Notes under the pieces: generated by a model
Database searches by the model: none
Seen by the model: the letters and a program-made list of their open reading frames with translations, nothing else
What the model was told of the DNA's origin: nothing
Assembly (NCBI RefSeq): GCF_006345805.1
Contig: NC_043012.1
Location: 1,860,001 to 1,924,000, forward strand
Length of the DNA: 64,000 nt
Source: Octopus sinensis
Taxonomy: Eukaryota
Direction of reading: 5' to 3'
Part shown: positions 61,918-64,000 of the stretch, piece by piece
Layout of the letters: the number at the start of each line of letters is the position of its first letter
Numbering within the stretch: position 1 is the stretch's first letter
Made by a program: the position numbers and the translations under genes

Positions 61918-64000
61918 ATATAAATGCCAAAACCTTCCCAGGCGAAGAATGTACTCCCCAACATAGATTAGTAGTTAGCGACTTCAGGATCAGAGCTAAA
62001 TGGTTGCCCAGAAGAAGACCAGCTTGGAGGAGAAGGGTCTGGAAGCTTAAATTCCTGCAAATGGACAGAGATTTAGAGACATACTACTCGAAGCCTCTGA
62101 CGAAATAGAAGGGGATATAGCTTCACTTAATGTGGAAGACAACTGGAGATTCCTACGGGACAATCTGCTGACAGCCACTGACCAGATCTGTGGATGGAGC
62201 AAAGTACCATCTCGACCCAGAGTAACATGGTGGTGGAACACTGTGGTTGACAGGGCTATTAGACAAAAGAGACAGGCTTGGAAGGACTGGAAGAACGGTG
62301 GTAGCAGGGAATTGTATCAGACAGCCAAAAGGGAAGCTAGGAGACAGGTTTATTTAGCCAGAGGGGAAGCGGATAAGAAAAAATTTGCCAATGTTCTGAG
62401 CCGTGAGGATGAAAGACTTGAGGTATTTCGTGTTGCAAGACAGTGTGTGAGAGAGAATCGTGATGTGGTAGGAGAGAAGTGTGTTCGCATGGATGATGGT
62501 TCACTTGCGCTAAATGAGGATGCAAAGAGAGAGGTTTGGAGATGCCACTATGAAAGGTTGCTGAATAAAGAAAATGAATGGGATAAAGAGAGTCTGCCGA
62601 ATGTTGACCCAACAGAGGGACCAGCTATCCGAGTTGATAGTTCCGTGGTAGCTAAGGCAATTAGAAGCATGAAGACAGGGAAAGCCCCAGGCCCATCAGG
62701 AATTACTGCAGAGATGCTCAAAATATCTGGCAGTGTCGGCTATAACCTAGTCACCCGTATAGTCAACCAGGTGATACACGAAGGAGTCATACCCAATGAC
62801 TGGTGTAGCAGCATACTAGTCAACTGCTACAAAGGTAAAGATGATGCCCTGGATACAAATAATTACAGAGGTATCAAGCTGTTGGATCAGGTAATGAAGG
62901 TTACGGAGAGGGTCATAGCCCAACTAATTAGAGAGAGAGTTAGTTTAGATGAGATGCAGTTTGGGTTTGTCCCAGGGAAAAGCACCACTGATGCTATATT
63001 CCTGGTAAGGCAGCTGCAGGAGAAATACCTAGCCAAAGATAAGCCCCTGTACCTGGCTTTCGTTGACATGGAGAAAGCCTTTGATAGGGTCCCCCGTTCC
63101 CTCATCTGGTGGTCAATGAGGAAACTAGGGATAGATGAATGGCTGGTGAGGGCTGTGCAAGCCATGTACAGAGATGCCGTAAGTAAGGTTAGAGTTGGCA
63201 GCATGTACACAGAAGAATTCAAGGTAGAGGTTGGGGTCCACCAGGGTTCAGTACTCAGCCCCCTCCTATTTATCATAGTCCTCCAGGCAATTGTGGAGGA
63301 ATTCAAGACAGGTTGCCCCTGGGAGCTCCTCTATGCTGACGACTCGCTCTAATCGCTGAGTCACTATCAGAACTGGAGGAGAAGTTCCAGGTGTGGAAGG
63401 AGGGTTTAGAATCGAGGGGCCTTAGAGTCAACCTAGCTAAAACCAAAGTACTAATAAGTAGAAAGTTAGAAAATCCACAAATATCCTCAGGAAGATGGCC
63501 CTGCTCGATCTGTAGAAAAGGTGTAGGTAGAAACTCTATAAGATGTACCCAGTGTAAGCTATGGACACATAAGAGGTGCAGCAATGTCAAAGGTAGGCTA
63601 ACTGGGAAGATAGTTTTTGTATGTGGCAGATGCTCTGGAGCATTGACCTCCGAAAATCTGCAGAAAACAACTTCCGTCACTTTCCGGGGGAAAAAACTAG
63701 AAGTAGTTGATAGCTTCCACTATCTAGGTGACCAAGTCAGTAGTGGGGGCGGGTGCGCTGAAAGTGTAACTGCTAGAATAAGAATAGCCTGGGCAAAGTT
63801 TAGGGAGCTCTTACCTCTGCTGGTGACTAAAGGCCTCTCGCTCAGAGTAAAAGGCAGACTGTATGATGCATGTGTACGAACAGCTATGCTACATGGCAGT
63901 GAAACATGGGCCGTGACTGCTGAGGACATGCGTAAGCTTGTGAGGAACGAAGCCAGTATGCTCCGATGGATGTGTAATGTCAGTGTACTTACTCGACAGA
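61918..64000 (+). mobile_element. RTE-clade LINE, 5'-truncated within the endonuclease and continuing past the window end
   Basis: EECTPQHRLVVSDF (EN C-terminus), TWWWN, KAPGPSGI, YRGIKLL, QFGFVPGKSTTDAIF, DMEKAFDRVP, HQGSVLSPLLF, YADD. Frameshifts near 62055 and 63345. Confidence 0.95.

Overview
AT-rich eukaryotic DNA dense in microsatellites and retroposons. The repeat families look like those of Octopus (coleoid cephalopod); this is inferred from family motifs, not from a search. The only clear host gene piece is an uninterrupted, highly divergent Q50 homeobox exon (23933-~24517, +). Most other identifiable sequence is mobile DNA. LINEs: a nearly intact GC-rich L1/Tx1 element sitting in a (GATA)n/(GGTA)n microsatellite, two older Tx1 relics, an RTE LINE running off the right edge, and R4/Dong-like and CR1/L2-like relics. 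Penelope-like elements (PLEs): two with inverted terminal copies, plus at least three further PLE-type hammerhead-ribozyme relics. DNA transposons: four mariner copies, two DD37D-type Tc1/mariner relics, a Merlin derivative, a Tigger-like MITE, two Lep1-like non-autonomous Helitrons and several foldbacks. There are also dozens of copies of about five SINE or SINE-like families. Strongest leads: (1) the Nin-type SINE shares a co-varying 3' stem-loop tail with the Tx1 LINEs, and the other main SINE shares one with the CR1/L2-type LINE; (2) a PLE hammerhead family with a GUCAC-N6-GUGAC stem II, one member carrying a non-canonical CUGAUGC core; (3) a tRNA-like module directly upstream of a hammerhead in a Penelope 3' repeat; (4) the orphan homeobox. 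Most short ORFs in the supplied track are microsatellite or SINE artefacts. All coordinates were read by eye and repeat boundaries are approximate.
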